DNA from: a bacterium
Lineage (GTDB): Bacteria > UBA8248
NCBI GenBank assembly: GCA_965202625.1
Contig: CBDBBI010000010.1
Coordinates: 1-64,000 of the forward strand
DNA length: 64,000 bases
Direction of reading: 5' to 3'
Below the pieces are notes generated by a model. It had not been told where the DNA came from, did not search any database, and saw nothing but the letters and a program-made list of their open reading frames with translations. Below are positions 9,999 to 20,729 of the stretch, piece by piece; the stretch's first letter is position 1, and every line of letters starts with the position of its first letter. The translations under genes were made by a program, and so were the position numbers.

Positions 9999-11410
9999 TA
10001 GAGGTAGAATCGATGCCAGCTGTTTTCAGCGCGCGTGAAGTTTCTGCGGCTGCGGGAGGCGATCTCGTTCGCGGGGATGGCGCGACTCTGGCCACCGGAG
10101 TAAGCACAGACACTCGCACGCTTGAAACGGGGGAGTTGTTCATCGCGTTGCGGGGCCCCCGATTCGATGGGCATAAGTTTTTGCTCCAGGCCATGGAGAG
10201 AAAAGCGGCTGGCGTCGTTGTGGAAAGGGGTTCGGGCGTTCCTGGCGCGGATGCGACTTTCGTCATCGAGGTCGGCGACACCCTCAGGGCTTTGGGCGAC
10301 ATTGCGCGATGGCACCGGAGCCGCTTTAAGATTTCCGTGGTGGGGGTGACGGGCAGCAACGGAAAGACGACGGCGAAGGAGATGATCGCAGCCATCCTCT
10401 CCACTAAGGGTGAAACGTGCAAGAGCCAGGGAAATCTCAATAATCTGGTGGGCTTGCCGCATCAGGTGCTCCGCCTCAGCGAGAAGCACGCGCACGCCGT
10501 CTTTGAGATGGGCATGAGCCAGGCTGGAGAGATTAGAAGGATGACTGAAATCGCCCGACCCCAAATTGCCATTATCACGAACATAGGGCCCGCCCATATA
10601 GAGGGGCTGGGCAGCATGGAAGCGGTGAGTGATGCGAAGGGTGAAATACTGAAAGCGATGCCCACTGGGGGCGTGGCTATACTCTCGAACGAGGACGCGT
10701 ATAGTCGCGCTTTGGCTGAAAGGCGCGAAGCCGCCGGAGAGCGGGTAGTCCGCTTTGGCTTTTCGGCGGAAAGCCGCGTTTGGAGCGATGCGGTTCACAT
10801 CACCGCTGAAGGTACATATTTTACCCTCAAGTATCCCGATGGCGAAAGGGATGTGCAACTGAAGGCGATCGGACGTCATAACGTCTTAAACGCGTTGGCC
10901 GCCGCCGGTTGTGCCTTTGTCCTAGGGGTGGGCCCGGACGAGATAGCCATCGGACTCTCTCTCGCCGATCTTCCTGAGATGCGCTTGCAGGCGCGGGATA
11001 TTCCCGGGCGAGCGGGCGTCTATCTGCTGGATGATTCCTATAACGCGAATCCGGCGTCCGTTTTTGAGGCGTTGGAAGCTGTAAGTGCCCTGAGAGGTGA
11101 GGGGAGGTTCATATGTATTCTCGGCGACATGGCGGAACTTGGCGGAATTGCCGAGAGCGCGCACCGAAAGGTAGGCCACAAAGTGACAGATTGTGGAGCG
11201 GACTTATTCGTGAGCGTGGGGCCGTTGATGCGTCTGGCGTCTGAGGAGGCGCGCCGATCGGGCATGGAGGACTCGCAACTCATGTGCTTTGACGCGCTGG
11301 ATGAAGTCGCCTCCTTTGTGGCCGAAATACTGCGACCTGGCGATTGGGTTTTGGTGAAGGGTTCGCGTTCGATGAGAATGGAGCGCGTGATCAAAGGGCT
11401 CGAAATCTGA
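9995..11410 (+). CDS. murF: UDP-MurNAc-tripeptide:D-Ala-D-Ala ligase
   Basis: TDTR, FDGH, VTGSNGKTT, GNLNN.VGLP, EMGM, DDSYNANP, GDMAELG, KGSR. Confidence 0.97.
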   Translation: MIEVESMPAVFSAREVSAAAGGDLVRGDGATLATGVSTDTRTLETGELFIALRGPRFDGHKFLLQAMERKAAGVVVERGSGVPGADATFVIEVGDTLRALGDIARWHRSRFKISVVGVTGSNGKTTAKEMIAAILSTKGETCKSQGNLNNLVGLPHQVLRLSEKHAHAVFEMGMSQAGEIRRMTEIARPQIAIITNIGPAHIEGLGSMEAVSDAKGEILKAMPTGGVAILSNEDAYSRALAERREAAGERVVRFGFSAESRVWSDAVHITAEGTYFTLKYPDGERDVQLKAIGRHNVLNALAAAGCAFVLGVGPDEIAIGLSLADLPEMRLQARDIPGRAGVYLLDDSYNANPASVFEALEAVSALRGEGRFICILGDMAELGGIAESAHRKVGHKVTDCGADLFVSVGPLMRLASEEARRSGMEDSQLMCFDALDEVASFVAEILRPGDWVLVKGSRSMRMERVIKGLEI

Positions 11411-12495
11411 TGTTGTATTCCGTTTTCGCCTCTTTGAGTGAGACGGTCTCGGTCTTGAACGTGTTTCGCTTCATCACATTTAGGGTGGCGATAGCAGTGT
11501 TCTCCGCCCTCATCATGTCGCTGGTGTTGGGGCCGCGCCTCATTCGCTATCTGCAAGATCGTCAGATTGGAGAAGTCATTCGAGACGATGGGCCACAGAG
11601 TCATCTGTCGAAAAAAGGAACGCCGACGATGGGGGGGATTCTGATTCTCGTGTGCGTGGCCCTTCCGGTTTTGATGTGGAACGACCTAAAGAACGGCTAC
11701 ATCTGGCTCTCCTTGTTCGTTTTGCTCTCCTTCGGTCTTCTGGGTTTTTGGGACGACTATACGAAGGTGGTGTTGAAGGATAAAAATGGCGTTAAGCCCT
11801 CTGTGAAATTTCTGGCCCAAGGCGTCATCGGCCTACTCGTAGGCTATGCACTTTATGGCGGTCTCGTGGGAGTGGGTTTCAAGACCGTCGTCATGTTTCC
11901 CGTCTTCAAGGACATACAGCCTGATATCGGAATTTGGTTCGTGCCCTATGCTGCCCTCGTCATCGTGTCGACGAGCAACGCTGTGAATCTCACGGATGGG
12001 CTGGATGGCCTCGCCATCGGCCCGTTGATGATCGCCGCTGGAGCGTATCTAGTTTTTAGTTATGTCTCGGGACATGCGGTCATCTCCAAGTATTTGCTCA
12101 TTCTCCCCGTCCGAGGTGCGGGAGAGTTGGCCGTTGTCTGTGGCGCCGTTTTTGGTGCGGGGCTTGGTTTTTTATGGTTCAACGCATATCCGGCCCAGGT
12201 ATTCATGGGCGATGTGGGGGCGCTTCCGCTCGGGGCACTACTGGCCACGGTGGCGCTGACGATCAAGCAGGAGTTGCTTTTGTTCTTGGTGGGCGGTTTG
12301 TTCGTCGTGGAGACCCTTTCGGTCATATTGCAGGTGGCTTCCTTTAAGACCACTGGCCGGCGAATGTTCCGCATGGCGCCGCTGCATCATCATTATGAGG
12401 AGATGGGTTGGTCTGAACCCAAAGTCACGGTCCGATTCTGGATAGTGGCCATTGTGCTGGCGCTTATGAGTTTGGCGACGTTGAAACTGAGGTGA
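11410..12495 (+). CDS. mraY: Phospho-MurNAc-pentapeptide transferase
   Basis: KKGTPTMGG, DDY, NAVNLTDGLDGL, FMGDVG, MAPLHHHYE; ATG overlaps the murF stop. Confidence 0.98.
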   Translation: MLYSVFASLSETVSVLNVFRFITFRVAIAVFSALIMSLVLGPRLIRYLQDRQIGEVIRDDGPQSHLSKKGTPTMGGILILVCVALPVLMWNDLKNGYIWLSLFVLLSFGLLGFWDDYTKVVLKDKNGVKPSVKFLAQGVIGLLVGYALYGGLVGVGFKTVVMFPVFKDIQPDIGIWFVPYAALVIVSTSNAVNLTDGLDGLAIGPLMIAAGAYLVFSYVSGHAVISKYLLILPVRGAGELAVVCGAVFGAGLGFLWFNAYPAQVFMGDVGALPLGALLATVALTIKQELLLFLVGGLFVVETLSVILQVASFKTTGRRMFRMAPLHHHYEEMGWSEPKVTVRFWIVAIVLALMSLATLKLR

Positions 12496-13889
12496 GGAAT
12501 CGCGTTTTGGACGCCAGGGCCCGGGCGTGGAGAGAAGCGTTGCCCAATAGGCGGGCGCTGATTATGGGAATGGCGAGGAGCGGGATTGCCGCGGCGCGCG
12601 TCCTGGCGCGTCTGGAGGCGAAGGTGGTGGCCACGGATTTACGGGAAATTTCAGATTTGGATGAGCGACTACCCTCTGGGGTGACCCTTGAGTTGGGCGG
12701 CCATCGCGAGGAGCGTTTCAGGGAGTGCGACCTACTGGTGACGAGTCCGGGTGTTCCGGCGACGAATCCCTATGTCGCTTTGGCCAGAGCGTCGGGTGCC
12801 GAGGTCATCAGCGAGGTGGAGCTCGCCTACCGGTTGTGTCCTGCGCCCATTGCCGCCGTCACTGGAACGAATGGAAAGACGACGGTTGCCACGATGCTTG
12901 GGAGGATTTTGGAAGAGAGCGGCTTTCGCGCGCCGGTGGGCGGAAACATCGGAAGGGCGCTTGTCGATGTGGTGGAAGCCGAGGGGCGATATGCCGATTT
13001 CATCGTCGGCGAAGTGAGCAGCTTCCAACTCGAATGGGCACCAACGCTCAGGCCCAGGGTGGGGGTGATGACCAACGTAACGTCCGATCATCTCGATCGG
13101 CACCCGGATATTCATGCGTATGCAGAGCTCAAGTCGAGGCTGTTTGTCAATCAGGGGGAAGGGGACGCCAAAGTCCTGAACGCTGACGACCCTCTGACGG
13201 CGCGCTACATGGCTGTCGGTCCACAAAGCGTCATGGCGTTCAGCAGAAAAGGGCCCGTGCGCCAGGGAGCCTATGTGGAGAGAAGCGACGTATTTCTGAT
13301 CGATGAGGCTGGCTCCGTGCGCGTTTGCAGCGCGCGCGATTTGCGAGCTCCTGGCCTTCATAACCTCGAGAATTTTCTGGCTGCGTGTGCTGCAGCCCAT
13401 TTTCTGGGCGCAAACGCGGACGCGATGGCGCGCGTGGCGCTTGATTTCAAGGGGTTGCCTCACCGGATGGAGGTAGTGGGTGAGATAGATGGCGTGCGCT
13501 GGGTGAATGATTCGAAGGGGACGAACGTGGGCGCGACGGTGATGAGCCTGGAGAGCTTGGCAAGTGACGTGCTTCTCATCGCCGGTGGCGCGGATAAGGG
13601 AGGCGATTTGACGCCCTTGCGCCCCATGGTGGAGAGGAAAGTGCGCCGGATGATTCTCATCGGCGAGGCGGCGGAGCGTTTTGGCCGTTTTTTCCGTGAG
13701 CGTGTGCCGATCGCGCAGGCAAATACGTTGGATGAAGCCGTGCGTATCTCCTATGAGGAAGCGAGAGTGGGCGATACGGTCCTCCTGTCTCCCGCTTGCG
13801 CGAGCTTCGATCAATTTCGCGATTATGCCCATCGCGGCGACGTGTTTCGTGAAATGGCTCAGGAGCTGATGGGGAGGGAGAAGAGTTGA
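12492..13889 (+). CDS. murD: UDP-MurNAc-L-Ala:D-Glu ligase
   Basis: GMARSG, SPGVP, TGTNGKTT, EVSSFQLE, DHLDRH, NDSKGTN, LSPACASFDQF. Confidence 0.97.
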   Translation: MRNRVLDARARAWREALPNRRALIMGMARSGIAAARVLARLEAKVVATDLREISDLDERLPSGVTLELGGHREERFRECDLLVTSPGVPATNPYVALARASGAEVISEVELAYRLCPAPIAAVTGTNGKTTVATMLGRILEESGFRAPVGGNIGRALVDVVEAEGRYADFIVGEVSSFQLEWAPTLRPRVGVMTNVTSDHLDRHPDIHAYAELKSRLFVNQGEGDAKVLNADDPLTARYMAVGPQSVMAFSRKGPVRQGAYVERSDVFLIDEAGSVRVCSARDLRAPGLHNLENFLAACAAAHFLGANADAMARVALDFKGLPHRMEVVGEIDGVRWVNDSKGTNVGATVMSLESLASDVLLIAGGADKGGDLTPLRPMVERKVRRMILIGEAAERFGRFFRERVPIAQANTLDEAVRISYEEARVGDTVLLSPACASFDQFRDYAHRGDVFREMAQELMGREKS

Positions 13890-15076
13890 TCCATAGAAGG
13901 ATTGACCCCGTCATCTTTTGCGTCTCTTTGGGATTAGTGGTGTTTGGCGCGGTCATGGTGTTCAGCGCGAGTCACATTCTGGCGCTGGACAGGTATAGCG
14001 ATGCGTTTTTCTTCGTGAGGCGCCACGTTTTGTCTGCGGTGCTCGGGTTCGTTCTCATGCTGTTGATCTCTCGGGCCGACCCCCGCTCCATCCGTAAAAT
14101 TGCGTTTCCTTTGATGCTCGCCTCGATCCTGGTGCTTTTGATGGTGTTCGTGCCAGGCGTCGGAAAAGAGGCGGGTGGCGCGCGCCGTTGGTTGGCTTTG
14201 GGCCCCGTTTCTTTTCAGCCCGTAGAGGCTGCGAAATTGGGATTGGTGATTTTTCTCGCGCATTTTCTGGCGTTGAAGGGCGAACGTTTAAGGGATTGGA
14301 AGTATGGATTTTTGCCGCCGGCCGGATTCGCGGGAATTACCCTCGGGTTGATTCTGTTGCAGCCGGATCTGGGATCAGCCACTCTAATAGCCGCGCTCGT
14401 CGGTGTGCTCTTTTTTCTGGCGGGCGCGAGATGGACGCATCTGGGCCTTTGTGCGTTCGTGGCTGCCTCTGTGTCGTTCGGTATGGTGGTCTACGCGCCA
14501 TGGCGCATGAAGCGGATATTCGCTTTTTGGGATCCTTTTGCCGCGGCCAAGGGCACTGGCTATCAGCTTATCCAATCTTTGCTGGCCATTGCGCGCGGAG
14601 GTCTGACCGGACTCGGCCTGGGCGAGGGCAAGCAAAAACTCTTCTATTTGCCAGAGCCGCATACGGATTTCATCTATGCGGTCGTGGGCGAGGAGCTCGG
14701 GCTCATCGGCGCCTTGTGCGTCGCGGCGGCGTTCGTGGTTTTACTTTGGCGCGGATTGCAGATAGCCGCGCGTTGCCCGAATCTCTTCAGCGCCCTCCTG
14801 GCGGCGGGCGTGACGTTCCTGATCGCCTCGCAAGGTTTTTTGAACATGGCAGTAGCTACGGGACTTTTGCCCACCACGGGCATACCGTTGCCCCTCATCA
14901 GCTTGGGCGGGTCATCTCTGGTGTTCACGCTCATTTCTCTGGGTCTTCTGATCGCCATTGAATCGTCGAATCATGGCTCCAGGAAACCTGCGAAGGGAAG
15001 TCTACTCGACGCGGCACCTTCGCGCGCCTCGCACACGCGGAAGAGGGCAATCTCCGAGGGGAGGGCGCGCGCATGA
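13886..15076 (+). CDS. ftsW: SEDS peptidoglycan polymerase FtsW
   Basis: GARRW, FQPVEAAK, LQPDLG, GYQLIQS, LPEPHTDFI, EELG, LPLISLGGSS. Confidence 0.96.
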   Translation: MIHRRIDPVIFCVSLGLVVFGAVMVFSASHILALDRYSDAFFFVRRHVLSAVLGFVLMLLISRADPRSIRKIAFPLMLASILVLLMVFVPGVGKEAGGARRWLALGPVSFQPVEAAKLGLVIFLAHFLALKGERLRDWKYGFLPPAGFAGITLGLILLQPDLGSATLIAALVGVLFFLAGARWTHLGLCAFVAASVSFGMVVYAPWRMKRIFAFWDPFAAAKGTGYQLIQSLLAIARGGLTGLGLGEGKQKLFYLPEPHTDFIYAVVGEELGLIGALCVAAAFVVLLWRGLQIAARCPNLFSALLAAGVTFLIASQGFLNMAVATGLLPTTGIPLPLISLGGSSLVFTLISLGLLIAIESSNHGSRKPAKGSLLDAAPSRASHTRKRAISEGRARA

Positions 15077-16158
15077 GGCTTCTCATCGCGGGCGGAGGCA
15101 CAGGGGGACATCTCTATCCCGGAATTGCGGTGGCCCGGGCTTGGCTGGCGAATGGCGAGGGGAACGAGGTTTTGTTCGTGGGCACCGCGCGTGGGTTAGA
15201 AGCCGAGGTGCTGCCGCGCGAGGACTTGGCGTTTGAGGCGATCTCATCCGCTGGCTTTCTGGGACGCTCGATGGGCGAGAGGGCCAAGGCGTTCACCATG
15301 GTGAGCTATGGATTTTGTCAGGCGATCAGAATATTAAGGCGGTTTCGGCCCCACGTCGTTCTGGGGGTGGGCGGCTATTCGAGCTTTCCGGCCGTTGCAG
15401 CGGCCGGCATTTGTAGAAAACCGATCGTCTTGCTCGAGCAAAACGTCGTTCCCGGTATGGCCAACCGTTTGTTGTCTCGACTAGCGTCTCAGGTCGCCGT
15501 GGGTCTCCCAGTGCGCGACGCCGGTTTCGCTTCGGGAAAAATCGTTCGAACCGGTCTGCCGCTCAGGCGCGAGTTTTCAGAAAAATTTGAGCGAGATGAA
15601 GGCTTCTGGGGCGGACCTTTGAAGGTGCTTATTTTCGGGGGGAGCCAGGGAGCGCGTGCGATCAACGAAGCGGTTATGGAGGCACTGCCCCGATTGGGCG
15701 ACGCTTTAGAAAGGATGCGGTTCGTGCACCAGACGGGCCACGCCGATCTGGCGCGCGTACGCACCGCCTATGCGGACGTTGGTGCTCGCGCGTACGTGTC
15801 GTCCTATCTGCATGACATGGCGGAGCGTTATAGCTGGGCGCAGATGTGCTTCTCGAGGGCGGGGGCGATGAGCGTCGCGGAATTGTCCGCCATGGCGCTG
15901 CCGGCCGTTTTGATTCCACTGCCTAGCGCTACCCACGGGCACCAGGAGGCGAACGCCCGTTATCTCGCCGATCGCCAGGCGGCACGAATGATTCTGCAAA
16001 AGGATATCAGCGGACAGGTTCTAGCGGATATATGGCTCGAATATGAGTCGGAGCGGGGGAAACTCGCCTACATGTCGAAACAGGCGAAATCACTGGCCCG
16101 CTCGAATGCCTCGGAGGCGGTCGCTGCGTTGTGTCGAGAGGAAGCGCTGGCAGCGTGA
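15073..16158 (+). CDS. murG: Lipid II GlcNAc transferase
   Basis: AGGGTGGHLYP, GGY, EQN..PGMAN, GGSQGA, RAGA, HQEANA. Confidence 0.97.
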   Translation: MRLLIAGGGTGGHLYPGIAVARAWLANGEGNEVLFVGTARGLEAEVLPREDLAFEAISSAGFLGRSMGERAKAFTMVSYGFCQAIRILRRFRPHVVLGVGGYSSFPAVAAAGICRKPIVLLEQNVVPGMANRLLSRLASQVAVGLPVRDAGFASGKIVRTGLPLRREFSEKFERDEGFWGGPLKVLIFGGSQGARAINEAVMEALPRLGDALERMRFVHQTGHADLARVRTAYADVGARAYVSSYLHDMAERYSWAQMCFSRAGAMSVAELSAMALPAVLIPLPSATHGHQEANARYLADRQAARMILQKDISGQVLADIWLEYESERGKLAYMSKQAKSLARSNASEAVAALCREEALAA

Positions 16159-16207
16159 TGCACAAAGGAGCCCCTCAATGATCGCGCGGCCATACGTTGC
16201 CCATGTC

Positions 16208-17605
16208 ATGTTCAGGCGTTCGAGCCGCGTGCATTTCGTCGGCATTGGTGGAACAGGTATGTGCGGTGTCGCCGAGGTCTTGTTGAACCTGGGCTATGAA
16301 GTCAGCGGATCGGATGTCGCGAGCAACGAGGCGATATTCAGGCTTCGAGGTCTGGGTGCCAAAGTGGTGTTGGGCCATAGAAAGGAAAACGTGGTGGGAG
16401 TGGATGTTTTGGTCTACAGCTCGGCGGTGACGGGCGAGAACACCGAGGTAGCCGAAGCGAGGCGCCGGAAAATACCTGTCATCAGGCGCGCGGAGATGCT
16501 GGCCGAGCTCATGCGCATGAAATATAGCATCGGCGTGGCGGGAACGCACGGAAAGACGACCACCACATCTTTTATCGCGGCTGCTCTCGCGGCCGGCGAC
16601 CTCGATCCCACGGTCGTCGTCGGCGGCCGCATCAACGCTTTGGGGTCGAACGCGCGAATGGGGGAGGGAGAATATTTGGTGGCCGAGGCGGACGAGAGCG
16701 ACGGCACGTTTCTCAAGCTCGCTCCCACGGTTGCGGTCGTTACGAACATTGATGAGGAACATTTGGATTTTTACGTCAATTACGACGCCATCAAAAGCGC
16801 GTTTCTGGAGTTCGTGAACAAAGTGCCGTTTTATGGTTTCTCTGTTTTGTGCCTGGATCATCCCGCGATTCAGGAGATCATCCCCCGTGTGGAAAAGCGG
16901 TTTTTCACCTATGGATTTGGTGTCCAGGCGGATTATGTGGGTGAGGAGTTTCGCTACGAAAATGGCGAAGCGGTTTTTGGTGTCAAAAGGCGTGGAGAGC
17001 GACTCGGCGAGATCCGCCTCCTCATGCCCGGTCGTCACAATGCGGACAACGCCCTGGCCGCCACCGCTGTCTCGCTGGAACTCGATCTCTCCTTCGGGGA
17101 CGTTCAGAGGGGACTCCATGATTTCGACGGCATTGGCCGTCGTTTAGAACGTGTCGGAGACGCATCGGGCGTCACTGTTTTCGATGACTATGGGCACCAT
17201 CCGGAGGAAATCAAAGTCACGCTTAGGGCCGTTCGGGAGGCATGGTTAGGGAATCGCCTAGTGGTAGTGTTTCAGCCGCATCGCTACACGAGAACGCATC
17301 ACTTGGAAGAAGCCTTTCATACCGCTTTCTATGATGCCAACAGGGTGCTCATCGCGCCGGTATACGCCGCTGGCGAGGCTCCGATTCCGGGGGCGAGCGC
17401 GGAGAGGCTCGCCGAGGGAATCAGGGCACATGGCCACAGGAACTGCGACGCGACGGACAGTTTGGAGGATACCTTGCGTCGCTTGAGTGGGGAGACAAAG
17501 GCAGGAGACATCGTTCTCACGCTGGGCGCGGGCGACGTCTGGAAGGTGGGCTGGGGGTTGCTCGAAGAATTGAATCGACAGGAAGGCAGGGCCGAGGAAG
17601 CGTGA
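16208..17605 (+). CDS. murC: UDP-MurNAc:L-Ala ligase
   Basis: HFVGIGGTGM, GTHGKTTTT, AEADESDG, DDYGHHPEEI, FQPHRYTRT, GAGD; start uncertain (16178 or 16208). Confidence 0.97.
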   Translation: MFRRSSRVHFVGIGGTGMCGVAEVLLNLGYEVSGSDVASNEAIFRLRGLGAKVVLGHRKENVVGVDVLVYSSAVTGENTEVAEARRRKIPVIRRAEMLAELMRMKYSIGVAGTHGKTTTTSFIAAALAAGDLDPTVVVGGRINALGSNARMGEGEYLVAEADESDGTFLKLAPTVAVVTNIDEEHLDFYVNYDAIKSAFLEFVNKVPFYGFSVLCLDHPAIQEIIPRVEKRFFTYGFGVQADYVGEEFRYENGEAVFGVKRRGERLGEIRLLMPGRHNADNALAATAVSLELDLSFGDVQRGLHDFDGIGRRLERVGDASGVTVFDDYGHHPEEIKVTLRAVREAWLGNRLVVVFQPHRYTRTHHLEEAFHTAFYDANRVLIAPVYAAGEAPIPGASAERLAEGIRAHGHRNCDATDSLEDTLRRLSGETKAGDIVLTLGAGDVWKVGWGLLEELNRQEGRAEEA

Positions 17606-18558
17606 TGGGTGTTGCGATGATGGGGGAGTCGGTGGTGCTTGAGATGGCGGAGAATCTGAAAAATCTCGATTGCGAGTTCATCTTCGACGAGAATCTGGCT
17701 GCATACAGCACGTTTCAGGTGGGAGGTCCCGCCGATGTCCTCGCGCTGCCCGCGACGGAAGATGAACTGGTGACGTTGGTCGAGAGATGCCGAAGCGAGG
17801 CGCTTTCGATCACGGTTTTGGGCGGCGGCGCCAACACCCTGGTACGCGATGGAGGAGTTCGTGGGGTGGTGGTCGCGTTTCCAAAAAAATTTCGGGGGAT
17901 TGAAGTGGTGGAGGAGAGTCGGAAGCAGGTGTTGCTTGAGGCGCGGGCGGGAGAAAAGATTCCGGCGCTGGTTCGCTTAGCCGTGGAGCGAGGGTGGGCG
18001 GGGCTCGAGTGCCTGGCGGGAGTTCCGGGCACCGTGGGAGGCGCGCTATCCATGAACGCGGGCACCGCTGAATCTTATGTCCAGGACGCCGTGGAGAGCG
18101 TTCGCTGGATGCCTTTTAAAGCGCGCGCGCCCGAATGGTTGTCCGCGAAAAGTCTGCGCTTCTCCTACAGGCGCACCCATTTGCCTGAACCCGGCGTAAT
18201 TTTGTCCGTCCGTTTTTCGCTTCGGCCTGCAAACGCCCACGAGTTGAGAAAGCAATTAAGACAAGACGCCGCTCAGAGGCGGGAGCGTCAACCTTGGGGA
18301 ATGCCTTGCGCGGGTTCGATATTCCGAAACCCCGCCGGGGAGCGTGCGGGGGCGCTGATCGAGGCGGCCGGCCTCAAGGGAATGCGGGTTGGCGGGGCTC
18401 AGGTGAGTGAGACGCATGGAAACTTTGTGTTGAACGTCGGCGGCGCCACGGCGGCGGACGTGTTGGAGCTCATCAACGAAATCAGGCAAACGGTTTTGGA
18501 GAGCAGGGGCATTGAACTGTGTTTGGAGCTGAACGTGATCGGGGAGGAATTCGCGTGA
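17602..18558 (+). CDS. murB: UDP-N-acetylenolpyruvoylglucosamine reductase
   Basis: VGGPA, LGGGAN, GVPGTVGGALSMNAG, FSYR, AGSIFRNP, HGNF. Confidence 0.96.
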   Translation: MMGVAMMGESVVLEMAENLKNLDCEFIFDENLAAYSTFQVGGPADVLALPATEDELVTLVERCRSEALSITVLGGGANTLVRDGGVRGVVVAFPKKFRGIEVVEESRKQVLLEARAGEKIPALVRLAVERGWAGLECLAGVPGTVGGALSMNAGTAESYVQDAVESVRWMPFKARAPEWLSAKSLRFSYRRTHLPEPGVILSVRFSLRPANAHELRKQLRQDAAQRRERQPWGMPCAGSIFRNPAGERAGALIEAAGLKGMRVGGAQVSETHGNFVLNVGGATAADVLELINEIRQTVLESRGIELCLELNVIGEEFA

Positions 18559-19445
18559 GTTCCTTGTCGTCTATTTGGAGACGGAAGCCAAAGCGTCAAG
18601 AGGTTTGCTTGAATCTCGCTCAAGCGTCCTCAAGCGCCAGAGCCGCCAAGGAAAAGATTAGGAGAAACAAGGGCGCGAGAATCAACGGAAACTGGATACG
18701 GCCCGCGATTGGTTTTTTGGTTTTCGTAGAGGTGCTTCTCTTGGGCGGGCACGCGATTCGTTGGGCGAGGAGAAGCCGACATTTTGAGTTGAGCAAAGTG
18801 GTAATAGCGGGACATCAGGCGCTTCAGCCCGAAGACGTTGTAAGGCTCGCGGCGCTCGAGCCAGGATCGAATATATTCGACGCCGACTTAGAGGCCGTAC
18901 GCATGCGCGTGACTTCTCATCCATGGGTGGAGCGCGCACATGTGCGCATGCGTCCGCCTCATTTCGTCCACATCGATATCATTGAGCGTAAGCCCGCCGC
19001 GTTGCTCTCGGGCTACCGACCCGTCGTCGTGGATGCGTATGGCGTCGTGCTCGGCAGGCCCATGATGCCCCTTGGAAAGTGTCTGCCCCTTATTGAGGGG
19101 TTCGCCTCAGGAGATTTGCGGCCCGGCGATTTGGTACGGAAGGCGGGTTTCGCGCGCTCCATGAAGGCGGCCTTTACGTTCCAGGACGTTCCTGTGATTC
19201 GTAGTGGGTGCGTTTCCGTCCGCAACGCCGGAGCGGGTCATCTTCGGCTTCGCGCTTTGGGAGGGAGGGTAGAGCTGATGGTGAGTGGGGAGAGAATGAA
19301 GGGGCAGGCCAGTCGGCTCCGGGCCATTGCGCGCGAGGTTCTCCGGCGTGAGCAATTCAGAATGGGCGGCCTCCGGCTTGATTTGAGATTTCCGGGCAGG
19401 GTTATCGTCCGGCCGTTCATAAAGGATGAAGGAGGCAGGGGATGA
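18555..19445 (+). CDS. ftsQ: Cell division protein FtsQ/DivIB
   Basis: Basic N-terminal tail, one TM, POTRA-like segment (HPWVERAHV....P..V.I.I.ER.P), DLRF; between murB and ftsA. Confidence 0.88.
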   Translation: MSSLSSIWRRKPKRQEVCLNLAQASSSARAAKEKIRRNKGARINGNWIRPAIGFLVFVEVLLLGGHAIRWARRSRHFELSKVVIAGHQALQPEDVVRLAALEPGSNIFDADLEAVRMRVTSHPWVERAHVRMRPPHFVHIDIIERKPAALLSGYRPVVVDAYGVVLGRPMMPLGKCLPLIEGFASGDLRPGDLVRKAGFARSMKAAFTFQDVPVIRSGCVSVRNAGAGHLRLRALGGRVELMVSGERMKGQASRLRAIAREVLRREQFRMGGLRLDLRFPGRVIVRPFIKDEGGRG

Positions 19446-20680
19446 GTAAACAAAGCGACACGCTCGTGGGCTTGGACATCGGCACGTCGAAGATTTGCGT
19501 GGTTGTGGCCGACGTGAACGAAGATGGTTCTCTTGAAATCGTGGGCTTGGGGAAAACCGCCTCAAAGGGACTGAACCGAGGCTCAGTCGCGAATATCGAT
19601 CAGACGGTGGACTCAATTCGAAAGGCGGTGGACGAAGCGGAGTTCATAAGCGGTGCGCCCATTCGTTCCGCTTTCGTCGGCATAGGAGGAGGGCACATCC
19701 GGAGTTTTAACACGAACGGCATCGTGGCGATTAAAAACAAGATTGTGGCGCAGGAGGATATCGATCGTGTCGTCGAACAGGCGCGCGCGGTCACCATGCC
19801 GACGGATCATGAAATCATCCATGTGCTCCCGCAAGAATATATCGTCGATGAACAAGAAGGCGTTACAGAGCCATCGGGAATGGCTGGCGTGCGCTTGGAA
19901 TGCAAGGTTCATGTGGTGACGGGGGCGATTCCTGCGATTCAAAACATCACCCGCAGCGTCGAAGGGGCGGGCCTGCGTGTAGAGCGCCTGGTTCTTCAGC
20001 CTTTCGCCTCGTCGCTGGCCGCCTTGGGCGATGATGAGCGCGACCTCGGCGTGGTGCTCGTAGATATTGGAAGCGGCACGGCGGACGTTGCCGTTATCAG
20101 TGCGGGTACGGTGCGGTATTCGGCTGTCGTTCCCGTGGGCGGCAACCACATTACGAGGGATATCGCCATAGGTTTAAGGACGCCGGATTATCAGGCGGAG
20201 AGGATCAAGCAGGAATACGGCTGCGCCCTGGCCGCTCCCTTGTCTCACGAGGAGGAGATAGAGGTGCCCAGCGTGGGTGGTCGCCCGCCGCGCGTGCTGA
20301 GCCGGCAGATGCTTGCCGAGATTATTGAACCGCGCATGGAGGAGATTTTGACGCTCATTCGCCGTGAGATTCAAAAAAGCGGCATGGAGGATCTCCTGCC
20401 CGCCGGCGTCGTGCTCACGGGCGGGGCAAGCACCATCAAGGGAATTGAGGAGTTGGCCGAGGGCGTGCTTCAGCTGCCGGTGCGCGTTGGTGTTCCCGGC
20501 GGCGTTGGAGGGCTGGTGGATATGGTGAACGGCCCTATGTATTCCACCGGCGTGGGCCTTGTGACATACGCGATGAAGGTAGACCCTCAGCGGGGGTTGC
20601 GCGCCACTGGGGTCTCGAATGGCTCAATCCGCCAAACGACGGCGAGGATACGTAACGTCTTAGCGAGCGTGTTCAAGTGA
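19442..20680 (+). CDS. ftsA: Cell division protein FtsA
   Basis: GLDIGTSK, VDIGSGT, GGNHIT.DI, AERIK, VLTGG, C-terminal amphipathic helix. Confidence 0.97.
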   Translation: MSKQSDTLVGLDIGTSKICVVVADVNEDGSLEIVGLGKTASKGLNRGSVANIDQTVDSIRKAVDEAEFISGAPIRSAFVGIGGGHIRSFNTNGIVAIKNKIVAQEDIDRVVEQARAVTMPTDHEIIHVLPQEYIVDEQEGVTEPSGMAGVRLECKVHVVTGAIPAIQNITRSVEGAGLRVERLVLQPFASSLAALGDDERDLGVVLVDIGSGTADVAVISAGTVRYSAVVPVGGNHITRDIAIGLRTPDYQAERIKQEYGCALAAPLSHEEEIEVPSVGGRPPRVLSRQMLAEIIEPRMEEILTLIRREIQKSGMEDLLPAGVVLTGGASTIKGIEELAEGVLQLPVRVGVPGGVGGLVDMVNGPMYSTGVGLVTYAMKVDPQRGLRATGVSNGSIRQTTARIRNVLASVFK

Positions 20681-20729
20681 TTTTTGGAGACCCGGGGCAC
20701 GTTTCCCGGGGATAAACGGGGGAGAGAAA

